A stretch of DNA of 64,000 nt from Monocercomonoides exilis PA203. Its lineage: Eukaryota > Protista > Preaxostyla. Under the pieces are notes generated by a model. It did no database searches and was not told the DNA's origin. It saw only the letters and a list, made by a program, of their open reading frames with translations. The translations under genes were made by a program, and so were the position numbers. This document shows, piece by piece, positions 44,001-58,225 of the stretch (position 1 is the first letter of the stretch; every line of letters starts with the position of its first letter). Where the stretch lies: the NCBI GenBank assembly GCA_001643675.2, contig LSRY02000007.1:124001-188000 (forward strand), given 5' to 3'.

Positions 44001-47000
44001 AAAATGATGTTGAGCAGTCCTGGCTGGATGTGGTGAACAGCAGATGAGATGCTCTGGCAGGGGTTTGTTGGCAATCCACACTGGCGAGTGTCTGCCGAAT
44101 CGAGACACACAAAGATCTGGGGTGCATACAAGAAGGTGATCAAGGGGATCAAGTCCACATCCTGCTCATCAGCATCACTCGCACAGATGGACTTGTTTGA
44201 CTGGAGCGACTCCTGGGAGAAGTCGAGGGCAAAGAGTGTTTCGTTGATCTGCTGCTCGATCGACTGGCAGTTGATGAATATATCCTTCCCCACCAGTGCA
44301 TCATTCATTGTGAATCGGATCTCTGAAATCTTCAGCGGGAGAAACAGTGAGCCATCTGGTGCTGGTGCTGGTGATGAGGGATCCACACAATCAAACATCA
44401 TTCCGCCTCCTCTCCCAACCACAGTCGAGCACCTGCACAGTGTGAATGAGCATTGCCTCACCTCCACCGATGACTCCTCGCTCTTCACACACATCATCAG
44501 TGCTCCTCCCCTTTCACTCGCCTCGCTCACACACCGGCTGAATGTGCACTTCTCAACAACACTCTCCACAACATCGAACACTCCGAGGCAAAGAATGGTT
44601 GCACTGTCACCAGAGCACGTGGTGTTGGCAAATGAGGATGACTGGATTTGGAGGGAGCAACAAAACTTGTCTGACACTTCATTGTGAGCAGATGAATTCA
44701 CAGGCAGATGAGATGGTGTTCTTTCGAATGACACAAGAGAGCACAAAGATGTCGAGACATTCGAGACTGTCATGTTGGAAAGGGTGATTGACTGAGAAGG
44801 AAGTGAAACAAGGAGAAATGGGTGAGTGGATGAGAACGAGTACAATGTGCAATTGTCAATCAACAAGCTTCCCTCTGAAACACTCAACAAAGTGAATGAG
44901 ACAGGCTCACTTGAACTTTGAGGGGTGAAAGAGCAGTGCTTCATTTGGAGAAGCGATGAGGAAGTTGAGGATCTGATGAATGTTCTGTGATGGGCAAATG
45001 CTGTTGGGATGTGGAAGGAGAGAACCTCAAATGAAAGATGGATGGTCGAATGGATCATCCATTCTTCACTTCCAACGGGATAATCACTCACGCCAATCCC
45101 TGACTCATTGTCTTTCCCAATGATTTCCATTGAGATTTGTTCTGATTCAACAGAAGGCGAAAGGGAAAGGGAAGAGGTGAGTGAAGAAATGTGAGACACT
45201 GAGATGGACAGGTTATCTTCTTCATCTTCAGAAGCACTTCCAGGGAGTGTGGTGAATTTGAGGGAGATGAGATGGGAGATTGATCTGCATGGAGCAACGG
45301 CATATCCACATCCACTGAAGTCTCCTCCTTCCTCCCCATCGACAAACCCACTCCCACTGAAGTTGCACCACAGATACACCACAAGCGGAATCACAAACCC
45401 AATCCCTGTGCTGCCTCTCTCCCACCCACACAGCTCCTCCATCGATGACTTCTCCTTCTCGCTCATCTCCCAGCAGAAATGTGTTGAATCCACAACCTCA
45501 TCCAGAGAGCTCCCATTCACAAACACATTCTTCCCTTTCCAGGCACAGCACCCCACAAACTTCATATCCCGAAGAGCAAACTGAATTGCTTCATCCTCCA
45601 ATGATAGAAATATACCCCCACCAAGTCCTCTTCCACCTGCTTCTCTTTCAGTTTCAGTTTCTGTTTCTGTGTCATCTTCAGGAACTCTACAACCACTCAT
45701 TTCTGTATTGTTGCACTTCAACTCACAAACCTTTGCCAGCTCAATCAGCATTCCTCCTCCCTTGAGGTTGTTTCCCTGGACACACGATGAATTCACTGTG
45801 CAATTATCAACTGTTATCCAACTGGCTCCTTCATCCATCCCAGTCACACTCAGCCATCCTCCATCACCACCCGAGTGCTTGATCCAAAGGATCTCAGATT
45901 TCTTGATTGTGATGTTTTCTCCATTGGTTATTGAGATTGGAGAAGAAATCGAAAACTCAACTTCTGAATTCATTGAGAATTCATTGAGCGTCAGATCCCC
46001 CCTTTCCACCAATATAACAGAAATGGTAATTCCCTCAGAATCTTGTTCTTCAGTAAAGGAGATGGAACAGATAGAAAGGCTGAGTGCAGATGAAGATTGA
46101 AGAAACGCCTTTCTGCTCTGCTGGAATGCTCTTGGAAGAACAAAGCTGAGCCCTGAAATGGACAGACTGTTGCTGCACTGAATCAAGCCATCTTGTGTTA
46201 CTTCTCCATTGTCACTCACATTCACAGTTATTTCACTTTCTTTTGAAGAGGAAGAAGATGATGAGAGAAGAAGAGGGAACAAAGCCACCGAGATTTGTGT
46301 GTTGATTGAGGAAGTTGATGCAACTTCAATCTCATTGATTGTTTGTGAAACCCTCTTGTTGGCACAGTAATCAATCGATCTGCAACAGAACAAAGGAAAT
46401 CCACATTTTGTGTGATCCACTCCTTCTCTTCCATCAACCATCACTGGACTTGGCATGGAGCACAAATACACATGCAGAGGAATGATGGGATCATCCTCTC
46501 CATTTTCACATCCACTCAGCCTTGCTCCATCTGATGGGAGAATTGAATGATCAAAGAACCCGAATGAAGATGTGTTGATCAACAATTCCAACTGAACTCC
46601 ATTCCTACACCAGACAAACACATCTTTCCCATCTCTTGCAATGTTCTCCTTCTCACTCGAAAACTGCACTCCTTGTTCAATACTCAACAAACACTCTGCA
46701 TCTCCCACTTGAACAAACACTCCTCCTCCCAAACCATCCTCTTCTCCTTCTTCCCTCTTTCCTGCACAGCACCCTTCAAACTTCGATGATCCATTCACAA
46801 CCATTTCATCATTGCCTCTCAGACACACATGCATTCCTCCCCCTTTTGCTCTGCTTCCCTTTGCCCAACATCCATTCAATGTGCAGTTGTCAATTATCAG
46901 TTGTTTCTTTTCTGACTCATGGGCATTTGTCTCATCCTCAACACAAACACAAACACAAGCTCCATTTCCATTCTCTTTTGTGATTCCCTCAAAAACACAT

Positions 47001-50000
47001 TCAACACAATTCGCAACAAAACTGCTCCCCTTCCCTTCAATCAACGAATGCGATGAAAACACCATTGCTCCTTTTGTCTCAAACATTTCCATCTTCAACT
47101 CCCCTCCAACCACACTCACAAAGCAGAATCCAATCACACTCCCTGACTCAAAAGATGAATTCATTGATGAGCAGTTTGAGAGAGTGAGAGAGGAAGTGGA
47201 AGCGGGGAGTGTGATGAAAGAGTGGGCATCTGAGAGAGAAGAAGGAAGAGAGAAGCAGATGTTGTACATTGAACACTCTGTAAAAACACTCACCAGCCAT
47301 TTATTGGAGAGATCTGCTTGTGGTTCATGCACATCAACAACCATCCCCTTTTGCTCACATGAGATGTTCCAAACTTGTCCATCCATCATCATCTCCTCAT
47401 CCAGCTCATATCCCTCTCCAACAACAATCTGCCTTTGTGATGAGCCAAATCTGAGCTGAGCAGCATGCATTATCGTCTGACATGGGAAGAAGCTGAATCC
47501 ACAAAAACAAGAATCAAAAACCCAGTTTCCTTCAGTTCCTCCAACATGTGCTGGTGGTTGGAATGACTCCAAAAACACATTCAAAGGAAACATTTCCATC
47601 TCACTCAGACTTCTATCAAAACCCATCAACTCTTCAAATCCCAGCCCATTCAGTGAAACACTAATCTTCTCCAAATTGATTGTCTCGCCATTCATGTTGC
47701 TCCCATTCACAAAGATATCTCTCCCTCCCTCTCTTGCCTCACAATCCACAAAACTCACTGATGAAATCACAAAGTCTGATGCTCCATCCCCCAGCCAAAG
47801 ATACAATCCTCCTCCGCACTTGCTGCATGAACATGAATCGAGTGTGGTTGGAAACGAGGAGGATCCCATTCTGAAGGTGCTTGTGGATGATGTCATGTCA
47901 ATCCTGATCCCTCCTCCATTCCCATTCGGACACTCACAGTTCTCGATTGTGGTGTTCCACAGACAAAATGACTCTCCCTCACTGATTGTCTTTGACAACA
48001 CTGCTCCATCCCCTTCTGTTTTTGTCACATGTGAAAAGTTGGAATTGGCAACAAAACATTCATCGCTGTTTGGAAGCGAAGAAGATGAAGACAGCAACAA
48101 CAATGAAGCAGAAGAGGTCTTTTGAAAGAGACTGGCCTTGGACAAGATGTTCTTGACAATGCAATCAGTCATTCGAAAGTTGGCAAAATTCACCTCAAAC
48201 AAACTGTTCAAATATTCTTTTGAGGGAAGGCCTTCCTGATTCAATGGGGTGCTGATGACAAGCCCTTGGAGTAATAATTGAGAATTTGAGGAGCTTAATC
48301 TGAACAACCTTGAACTTTCATGTGAGTCAAACACAATGCTCAAAGATGACAGTTTGCATATCCCATCATCAACACTCAGAAACATTTGATCTGCTCCAAC
48401 CTGGACTGGATTCAGTTGAGTCAGATCCTTTCCTCTCCCTTGAATAGAAATTCTCTTCCCAAACACAACGAATCCATTTGATTCATCCATTTCATAAGTT
48501 CCCTCGATCAGCATGATTCTGCATCTGCTCTTTGTTAATGTGTCTTCCAATGAAAATTTCAATGAGCTGCAGCCATCCTCAACAGTTAATCCACAGAGCG
48601 CATTGTTGTTTCCTCCATCTGGAATGACATATCTCACAAGAAATCCATTTGGCAGCCAATCATTCTTTGTGTCTAATGAGGAACTTACACATCTGCTCTC
48701 TCCATCTGTCAAGGAATAACATTCAACAAACGGATTTTCTTTAATCTTTTCATCAAGATCGTTCAAATAAACATCTGATGCCTGTGAAGCGGAATTATTG
48801 AAAAAGAAGCAATAGAAACAAAACTTTGAATTCATTTCAAGTGGGCTGACATTAATCCAAATTCCTCCTCCATTTGAATTCTTTGCAGAGCAATTCTGAA
48901 AAATACATTCACTCATTTTGAAAAATTTTGGAGCATTGTTTTCATAATATAATCCACCTCCTCTTGAACTATCAACTGTTTCATTTGCACATGTGACATT
49001 GAATAAAAGAATTGGCGATCCATTTTCGAGAAAATTCAAATTACAGTCTGTTGATGTGGAAGTACTTCCATAATTAAAGAAAAATGCTCCGCCAGACCAC
49101 GATGCGTAACCATTTTTTGCAATTGAATGAACAACATCATAACAATGTGAGACGCTAATGAAAACACATCCTCCATGAGAACCCGTATTATTAATGTTTC
49201 TTTTTCCAACACAATGATCGAATGTGCAGTTCCCTATCCTTGTGCTCAAAGATTCAAAAACACAAATTCCTCCTCCCCATCTGCTGCAGGAACAGTTCTT
49301 TATTCAAAAAATAAAAAGAAAAGAGAAAAAACAAACAAAAAATATAAAAATTTAGTAACTTCAATCATTTTTTGATTGAAAACAAAAAACGTATCAAACC
49401 ATGAATATACAGCTCTCCACACTCAGTGTAGATGAAGGACCATTGAATAAGATGGCTCCTCCACAAGTGTGAAATCCCTCATCTATTGCCGAATAATCAG
49501 TGACATGCTGATTGACAAATTCGGTGTATTCAAAGCTCCAATCCTCTTTGAGTTCCACTCTCGAGCCATTGTTCATTGTTCTGGCGCAATGCATCACACT
49601 TGTGTTGAAAACATGCAATGCATGATTTCGGTCTCCTATTCCTCCATAAAACACATTTTCAACACCACGCAATTCACATCCAGAAATGATGAATGCTCCA
49701 TTTCCTTTCTGAAGCTCTGATGTCCCTGAACAAAATGGATTCTTCTTTTGAGTGGAAGAAATGTTTGAGAAGACACATTTGGCAATGTTCAAAGAAGATG
49801 AATGTGAGGATTCAATAATCGGAGCCTTTTCAAATACAAGATCATTAAATGCTGAAGATGACAATGAGATTGCTTCAAAATCATTCCCAATCCATTTCTT
49901 GTTGGATAAATGCTCAGACACCAATAATTGGGGAATTTGGTGGCTTTGACTTTTTGTGTTCAATGATATGTTGTTGAACAGTGCTCTTCCATGCACAATT

Positions 50001-50386
50001 CTGAACAGACCACTTGCTTTCTCATCGTTGCACAATATCATGCACCCAAGAACAATCACGTTGGATACAGTTCCATCAACAACATTTATTTCTCCTCTTG
50101 TTTGAAGCTGCAACTTTGAGAATGAAATGGATGTGTTCATCAATGAAAACGAAGTTTTCAAACAAGAAAACTCCAATATTCTATCATCTTGAAAATAAGT
50201 GGATCGATCTTCACTGTTGTTGTTTTGTGAAATATTCGATTTTGGACTGGATAATGAATATTCATCGTTTTTGGAGAATCCGAAAAAAGATGATTCTCCA
50301 TTTTCACATCCCAAAGAATTGTCTTCAAAAGCATTGACATTCAAGTGAAAACTCAGAATTGCTACAAGACGAATGATTGACAACAT
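41078..50386 (-). CDS. Giant receptor-like surface protein with beta-helix-type repeats, single TM and degenerate protein-kinase C-lobe; intron 49298-49399
   Basis: Signal peptide MLSIIRLVAILSFHL, phase-0 GTTTG...AAAG intron, GGG/GGA and F..C repeats, TM WAFVIAVIFVVLFLIVLIVSIIVTV, then LRWKAPEL...FSIGMMLWECLTLKIPF...GERP. Confidence 0.88.
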
Positions 50387-51532
50387 GCAGGAATGAATTT
50401 TAATTTTTCCTGCACTTTGAAATTTTGTAAATATGGGTGACAATGATCATGAAGAAATTGAAAATGGCCAATTGCTAGGATTGGAAATGTATTCCAACAA
50501 CAAACTTTCAACTGAAAAAAAAAGCAAATTGTGGACTTTGAAATAATCATGGGAAAGAAATAATTTGAATTATTTAACAAACATATTACAACTGTTTTTC
50601 CAACCACTTTTTCTGTTTTGAAATCTAATCCTTTCACAAAAATTGAAAAAATCATGCTTTATTCAGAAGTGGATAGCACAATAAGCTTTTCGCCATTTTT
50701 TGAATCTGATATTTTGGTTTGGAATTCAAATTATTCTTCCAACTGAAAAAAGAGAAAGATAATTTTACTTTTTGCGGATGAAGTGCAAATAACATTTGTG
50801 TTATCAACAAAGAAAAACGAGTTCAGAAAAAATGAAGTGATATAATAAAGCTCGCTGAGAATGAAGAATATTTCAAAAAGAAAAATTTTAACTTTTAACT
50901 TTAAAATAATTTGAAACATTTTGAGCAATAACTATAAACCAGAAAACGCAAAATATAAAATCAATCAAAAATAAAAAGCCTATAATATATGAATTTTATA
51001 ATATTTAACAAAAATTGTACTGTATATCTAATGTTGTATAAAATATGCACACAAGCAATTGTCTTAAAATCAAAGAGAAGTACTCATCAAATCAGCACAA
51101 AGAAGACTCATTGAAAATACATATATGATTAATTGTATAACAGAACGTGTTGAATGACCAGATAATTGCAACACAGGCACAATACAATATTTGCTTCAAG
51201 ACTGATTTGTGGAAAATGAAGGGAAAAAAATTAGAAATTGATGTTTTTGATAATAACACAACAAAGAAATAAAAAATAAAATAAAATAAAAAGAAAGAGT
51301 GTAAAAAAAAAATACAGAAATAGTTTCACATAATATCAAGATTTAAATAAATTGCACTTCTTTTTTGTTAGAAAAGAATAAAGAAAAACAAAAAACGTTC
51401 AACTTTAAGAAAATAATTGAATATTAAAACAACGTTAAAAAGCTAATTGATTATTTGAAATTATTCTTTTATTGAAAAACCCTTCTTTTCCGATGCTTCA
51501 ATCAGAACAATTCTTCAAACCAATTATTATTC

Positions 51533-51574
51533 ACACACACACACACACATGCACATGCACATGCACATGCACAC
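51533..51574. repeat. (CA)n followed by (CACATG)n microsatellite
   Basis: Direct reading. Confidence 0.85.
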
Positions 51575-51632
51575 AAGCAAATAAACAAACAAACAGAGGC
51601 GGAATTAAATAAAGAATATAATGGATAAAAAC

Positions 51633-53916
51633 TTATGACGAGGAAAGAGGCAGTGAAATGTTGGATGTGAACGGGACAGGCGAAGGTGCCGAGAGAAGTG
51701 GCTGCGCAATAAAGTCGACTTGCACAGATGGAACTGATGAATACGCCGCTGTGTAGAACGGAGTGCCAGAGGCAGCTTGATAAGTTGCGGGGCTGGCTTC
51801 TGCTTCTGTTTGAGCAGCATAAGTGTTACTTTGTGGTGAAGGCTCTTGATAAGACCCCGTGTTTGTTCCAATGCCCACTTTTGAAAGAGAAGACGCCACT
51901 TCCTCGATTGTTGCGGAACCTGGTTTTTCTGCCTCTTTCGAGCTCATCCCAAGTGGTTGCTGGGGCAGTTGCTGCGATGGAATGAATGGAGACTGCTGGG
52001 GAAGAAGAAAAGAAAGAGAGAAAGGAGAAAACGTATAGTTCTGCAGGTATCCAGGTGCTGATGCCAAAAACGGTGCCTGAAGCGACAGCAGCTGCGAAGG
52101 TGTCAAAGAATAAAGCGCAGATGGTGTTTGTATTTGAGCACCAGAATATTGCTGGGCTTGCTGGAGTTGAGAGAATTGTTGCTGCTGTTGAGTGGACGGT
52201 GAAAATGTCTGTTGCAGTGGCTGCAGCAGAGGCGCCAGCTGCTGCTGGCTATTTTGGAGGGATAGCTGAAGTGGCAGTTGTGATGAAGCAAATTGAGTGG
52301 GAGCTGAAGAAGGTGAAGAAGATGCATTTGGCAACGAAGACAATGAAGACGTCATCGGAAGCGCAAACGCTGCGCCTGAAGGCGTTTGAAGAACAGATGG
52401 TTGCTGAGATGATGCGTCTGCAGATGAAACTGATGGGGGTGTGTTTGCGAAGGCAGGAGATGTTGAATTTGATTGCAATTGATACGCACTGTTATCCAGC
52501 GGACCGAACTTGGGCAGTCCATCTGGCTGTGCCAAATACCTCGATGCCGGCTGCTCTGTGGCTGTTTTCTGTGTTGCAGAATTCAGGTCAGAGGGCGATC
52601 GGTATGCCCTTGTGGTGTCTGCAACAGGAGCAGGCGGATGATCAAAAATTGGTTGGGTGCTCTGAGTTGCTGAAAGAGGATAGGCTTGTTCAACAGGAGG
52701 CACAACAGCCTGCGCTTGTGAATGCTGCTGTTGCTCTTTCTTCTGAACTGCTACTGTTGATGTGATGTTTGCATTTTTCACATTCCTTTCAGCTCCTCCT
52801 CTGCGAGCATGAGACCCTCCTCTTTGCCCACCTTTTCCTTTCCATTGCTTTGGAAGATACCGCTGGCTCTTCAAATGATACAGCAACTGCTTTTCTTCTT
52901 CACTAACTTGACTGGCAGGAACAAAGATATCAGAAATATCAACAGAATGTGGTGTGAACGCAATTGGGGCGGATGACCCTTCGCTCGAAACAACATCAGA
53001 TCCTTGAGTTGAATTTGATCTGTTTACCGGTGCTTCAGAAACTGTTGTTTCATTCACCGTTTCAGAAGCTGACGGAGGTGGAAATTCTGCTTCCAAACTT
53101 TCGCTAAGCTTCAAATCTAAATTTTCAGCAGGCAAAGCCGGATCCAAAGTCCTTGTTGTATCAAAAACACTCTGAACACTTGAATCAATTTGTTGCGCAG
53201 ATAGTTGGGTAAATTCATAAGTTTCTGAAGGCTCTGGAAATGAAGGTAAAGAAGCATTTAACTTAGAGCTTTCTGATAGGAGTGCTGATTTTTCGTTTTT
53301 AAATGCAGAAAGTGTTGGGGTGATAATTTGCTGTTGTGAAGTCACGGATTGCACTCCAGATTTAAATTCTCGAGTATTTATTGGAAATTTTGGAATTAAT
53401 GCAGGAAATGCTATATCCTAAAAGTGATGTCATCAATAAAACAAAGAAATGTGATAAATGCAAGTTTATTCGACAAACTCCAGAGACGCTCTGAGCCAGC
53501 AATTGCTTTGTTGGAACCGTACGAATTTCTCCATCTGGATCAACGAAAACGTGATGGAAAGGCTGCAACGGATTGAGTGAAGGAGGATTTTTTCGTTTTG
53601 TGGAAAATGGGCAGTCAAGCTTTTATAAAGAAAGATATTTGAGTTAAACGTAACATTTTTTTCTTAAATAAATAGCAAACATGATGATGACCTCTGCATC
53701 CACAATTAAAGCAAATGTCCATCTTTAAAGAAGGGCAGTCTCTTCCAAGATGATTCTTTCCATGGCATTTATAACACTCCATCTTTTTCGGCTCATTTGG
53801 ATCAACCGTACATTCATCAGACGTATGTCCAGTTCCTTGACACCTGTTCATGCGCGTGTTATATCATTACAATGCAAGCAAAAAGGAAAAAATACAAACT
53901 TATTACATATTCTCAT
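51633..53916 (-). CDS. CCHC zinc-knuckle protein (3 knuckles) with long S/P/Q-rich low-complexity C-terminus; about 4 exons
   Basis: Spliced MRICNK|CQGTGHTSDEC, CYKCHGKNHLGRDC and CFNCGCRGHHH|..C; basic/RGG patch KGKGGQRGGSHARRGG; last exon about 53360-51633. Confidence 0.75.
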
Positions 53917-54046
53917 TTTCACGATCTAATGGGTTTTCTGATTCCGAATATTATAATATTTTCATCAATTTCAACATAAATATAACAAGCATGATGCATT
54001 TGACAACGGATAAATAATTTTTAACATTCATGACCATCATAAAAAA

Positions 54047-57000
54047 ATGTCGGAATTTAAAGAAAAAATCTTTAAAGAAAACTGTCCATTTTGTGTGTAT
54101 GAATCAAACGAAAAGGGACGTGGAATAATTGCAACGCAACCAATAAATCCGGGAAATGTGATTTTGAGAGAATCTGCAATTGTTCTTTTGCTTTACACAG
54201 GAAAGCAATCTTATTATTGTTCTTATTGCTCAGACAAACTAAATTTAGAAAGTTTGCTTCAATATGATGAAAATGCATGCATTAACTCGTATTTTTTCCA
54301 ACTTCTTTGCTTTAGAAGCTGTTCATTGCGAAAAATGTTCAAAAGTTTTTTATTGCAACGAAAGATGTAGAAATGCCGACTTATTTTCTCATCGCTTTGA
54401 ATGCAGAGCTTATTGTGAAGCATTAGATAATTTTTGCAGCAGCGATGATCTTTATTTGGCTCGTATTCTGTCAGTTCTTTATTATAATGAAATTTTATCA
54501 CAACAAATAAATACGCTCACTTGCCCACATGTACAACCATTCTCGGATTTATCTCCAGTTGAAAAATTATTTGATCTTACAGGTCATGAAGGATCACAAC
54601 TTGACGAAATTATCGAAACATCCAGAGCAAGCATTGAGGCATGCCTTTCTCTGGCGGCAAATGAAGAGTTATTGAGAATGTGTCAAACAGTTGTGAAATA
54701 TGGAATTCATAAGCATAAATGCGCAATTTGTGGAAAGCAGAAACTCTTCAAAGATGAAATTGCGCGACATTGTTGCTTGAAAGAATCTTCTAGTAAATCT
54801 TTTCAACATATTCTTTCAGACGGAGAAACAGAAGCAGAATTAATATGTTTATTTGATAAATGGAAAGCAAAATCAGAAAATGCTACAAAGAATTCATCGT
54901 CTTTGTCTGAAGTTAAGAATTGCCGCTCGTTTTTAAAAGAACTTCTTTTCCCTGTCATTGCGAAAGCATCAGGAATCTGCGACTGCAATGCTCATACCAT
55001 TTTCCCAGACACTGGATTTGGTGTTTATCATTTTGGCTCAATGTTCAACCATTCTTGCGCAGCAAACGCTGCATTCTGCCACGACTCCAAGGGGCGGATT
55101 CTGATTGTGTCTCTGCGGCCGATACGGACAGCGGAGGAGATATTTGTGGACTACTGCGACGTGAACATGCGGATGGAGCAGCGGCAGAGCGAACTTTCAG
55201 GGTGCTATCATTTCAGTTGCCAGTGTGAAAGATGTGTGAGGACGCTTTTGAAGAAGTTTGGAAACGGTGTGCGGAAAGCAGGAATTTCAGAAGATGCAAA
55301 GTTGCTAGATGAACGCTTTGGAAGAAAGGCTATGAAGAGAAGAAGAATGCAGAAACAAAAAGAGAGAAAGATGTTCAGAAGAAAAAAGAAGATGGAAGCG
55401 AGAGCAAAAATGAACGATGAAGAGAAATCAGATCATTCATCATCAGGAAACAGTAATTCTTCAGATGAAATTGAAACAGAAAGTGAAACTTCATCCGAAT
55501 CTGAAGTAACAGACAGCTCTACGCTTTATGGTGAAATTGATGAGTATGGAGGATTTGGAGGCGCATGGGGAATGATGGAAAGGGATGATACTTCCAGTGA
55601 AGAGGATAACAGTGAAGTTTGCGATGAGAGCAAAGAGCAGTGTGTGGCAATTGAAAGGAAAGAAGTAGAAAATATTTCCATTCAAAAGGCAGAAGGAAAG
55701 ATTTCAAAAAGGCAAAAGATGAATCATACTCCTTTTTTAAACGAGTGGGAAATACCAAAAATGCCAGATTATGGAGAGGAAATAAACTCCAAAGTTGAAC
55801 TTGATGTAATGAAGCAGAGAATTTCCGAAATGAAGAATCAATCAAGCTCTTTTAATGAATCATCTAACAAAACAGCAGAGCTGCAAAAGTCGTCTCTATC
55901 TTCTTTCGGGGGAAAAATGCCTGTCCATCCGTATGTGTCTGTTGATGAAGCGATATTTGAGGCTGAGAGGGAGATGCGAATGATGAGCGGAGTTGAATGG
56001 GACGATGTACTTGCCTGTTGGTGCTGCTGGGAATGCGGCTCTCCACTGAAAGAAGTCAGAACATCGGTTGTGAAGAAAGAGATAGAAAAGATGAAGGAAA
56101 GAGAGAAGGAAAGAGACAAAAGAGAAGGAAGACTGAAAAAAGAACAAACAGAAAATGAAAAGAGCGATGAAGAAGATGAGGAAGAAGAAGAAGAAGAAGA
56201 AGAAGAAGAAGATATCACATATTATCTTGATCAATTGCTGGAGCGTGTTCAGTCATATGAATGGAAGGAAGGAGAAACAGCCGCAGAGGAAGAGGCTCGT
56301 ATTGGTATTACAAACGAAGAAAGAGAGATTGAAAGGGCTCTTTCAGATTTCGACGGGGAAGAATCAATTGAAAGTGTCATTAAAAGATTGCGCAAATTAA
56401 ATGAAGATGAAGATGGTGGCGCACTCAAAGAAAAAGTGGAACAAAATTGTGTTTCTGTATCGACAGTATTTTCTTCAAAGGAAACGTCTTCATTCAGTTT
56501 ATCTCCATTTAGCTCAGATTACAGAGACTATAAGTATGTTTATTTTTGTCGACATCATCCCATCAAGCATAAGATTATTGCAGGAAATCGAGCTATGCTA
56601 TTTAATGAAAGAATGTCGCATGCTTGCCGACAACTCAATCGCTTGTGGGTGAGATGCGAAAACTTGGGAGTGAAGCTTCCACTTGATTTCCCAGAGTTTG
56701 CTTTGTCCCAATTTCTTGGGACCATTCGCGTGTTTCAGAGGTTGCTGCATCCGTTCAATGAGCTTCTTGTCGAAGCTGTTGGTGGATATGTGACAGTTGT
56801 GTATAATTCGCTTGTTGTGTCAAACATGTTTGAGGTTAATCGAATATCATCTTTGAATCATTCAGCTGACAAGCAAAAAGCAGGCTATGGTATATCACCA
56901 AAAGAAAAATCAACGAAGAGCAACTTGTGCATTAAAGAGTTGTCAAATGAATCTGCTTCATCTTTAGCAATTTCAGCCACTTCATCATCAACATATTCAT

Positions 57001-57593
57001 CTACTCCTTCGCTTTCTTCAACGCATACTGCTTTGTCTCATTATATTTCACAACATCTGTCTTTTTCTCCAAGAGTCTTCCTCTCGCCTTTTTTCTCGCA
57101 AAAAGTTGTTTCAGCAGCAGCTCGATATTTTGCCAGGATTGTGCAGCTGTTGTACTATCCATCAGCTCCGCGGCGTGTTCTTGATTTGAAAATGTGCGGA
57201 ATTGTGTTGATGCTTTGTGCAGAATACACTCCAAAGGATGATAATGTGTCAAATTATGGAGAAGAAATGCAACATCAAACAGAAAAATCATTTTCTCAAT
57301 CTGTTTTTGCGGATGGTGTTAGTTTGCTGCTTCGTTCAAAAGAAGAAGGAATTGTTTGCTTTGGAGAAAATCATTGCGAGATTAAAGAGATTGATTTATG
57401 GCTGAAAGGAGGATGGAAAAAACTGTGGCACTATCAACGCAGGCAAAAGGCTTACGCGTTTTTAGCTTTGAAACGAGCAAAGGAAGAGATGATGCTCAAC
57501 AAAGAAAGTGAGAGAGATTTTGTTGAATTTGAAAGAAGAGTTGAGGAAAGTTTTAAAAACATTGAGGATGAAAATGAGAAAGAAAAAACATGA
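54047..57593 (+). CDS. SMYD-family (SET and MYND) lysine methyltransferase; intron 54252-54315
   Basis: KGRGIIATQPINPGNVILRE, MYND CSYC...CEKC...YCNERC...H..EC, SMFNHSCAANA, EEIFVDY, post-SET YHFSCQCERC. A phase-1 GTTTG..TTAG intron joins the two ORFs. Confidence 0.9.
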
Positions 57594-58225
57594 AACAAAC
57601 AATTTTAAAGGAGAAGACAAAAAATAGAAAAATGCTTCAAATTATTCGTAATATGATCATTTACAAAAGGATTTACTTTGTTATGATTGAGGAGTGATCC
57701 TTGAAACAAGGCTATACTTCCAAAAATTAAAAAGAGCACTTTATCGATGAGATTATCAAATTGCATGAGAAAATAAGATTGTTTATTCAACATTTTTCAG
57801 TTTGTTGTTTTGTAATCGAAATTTTATTAATTTTTACAAAGCCATCTTTCATGAAGATGTTGGTATTTATGCAAATTCCTTTGTCTGTGAAAAATAATGA
57901 GTTTAAAACTATTTATTCCATCTGATGTTTTTCACTTACAAACGAAATATGAGGATCGAAACAGCCGAAAAACAGAAAATGAAGAAAATGAAGAGCATTT
58001 GCAAAATAACTAAGCAATGAAATTTTTATCTTTGAATGTTTCAGAACCTTGTAAATAAATGTATAATAAACTTCTATCCACACGTTACAAACATATCAAG
58101 AAGAAAATGAAAAAAGAAAATGAATAACTTTAATCGCTCATTGTTTCTATTGGGAACAAAACATAGACAAACAAATCTATAACTCAAAATTCAGTGCGAG
58201 CATCTTCTCCCACACTCATTGAAGA

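Noticed and set aside
40974-48720. Long plus-strand ORFs opposite the receptor-like gene
   Set aside because: They are antisense shadows caused by the codon bias of the real minus-strand gene.
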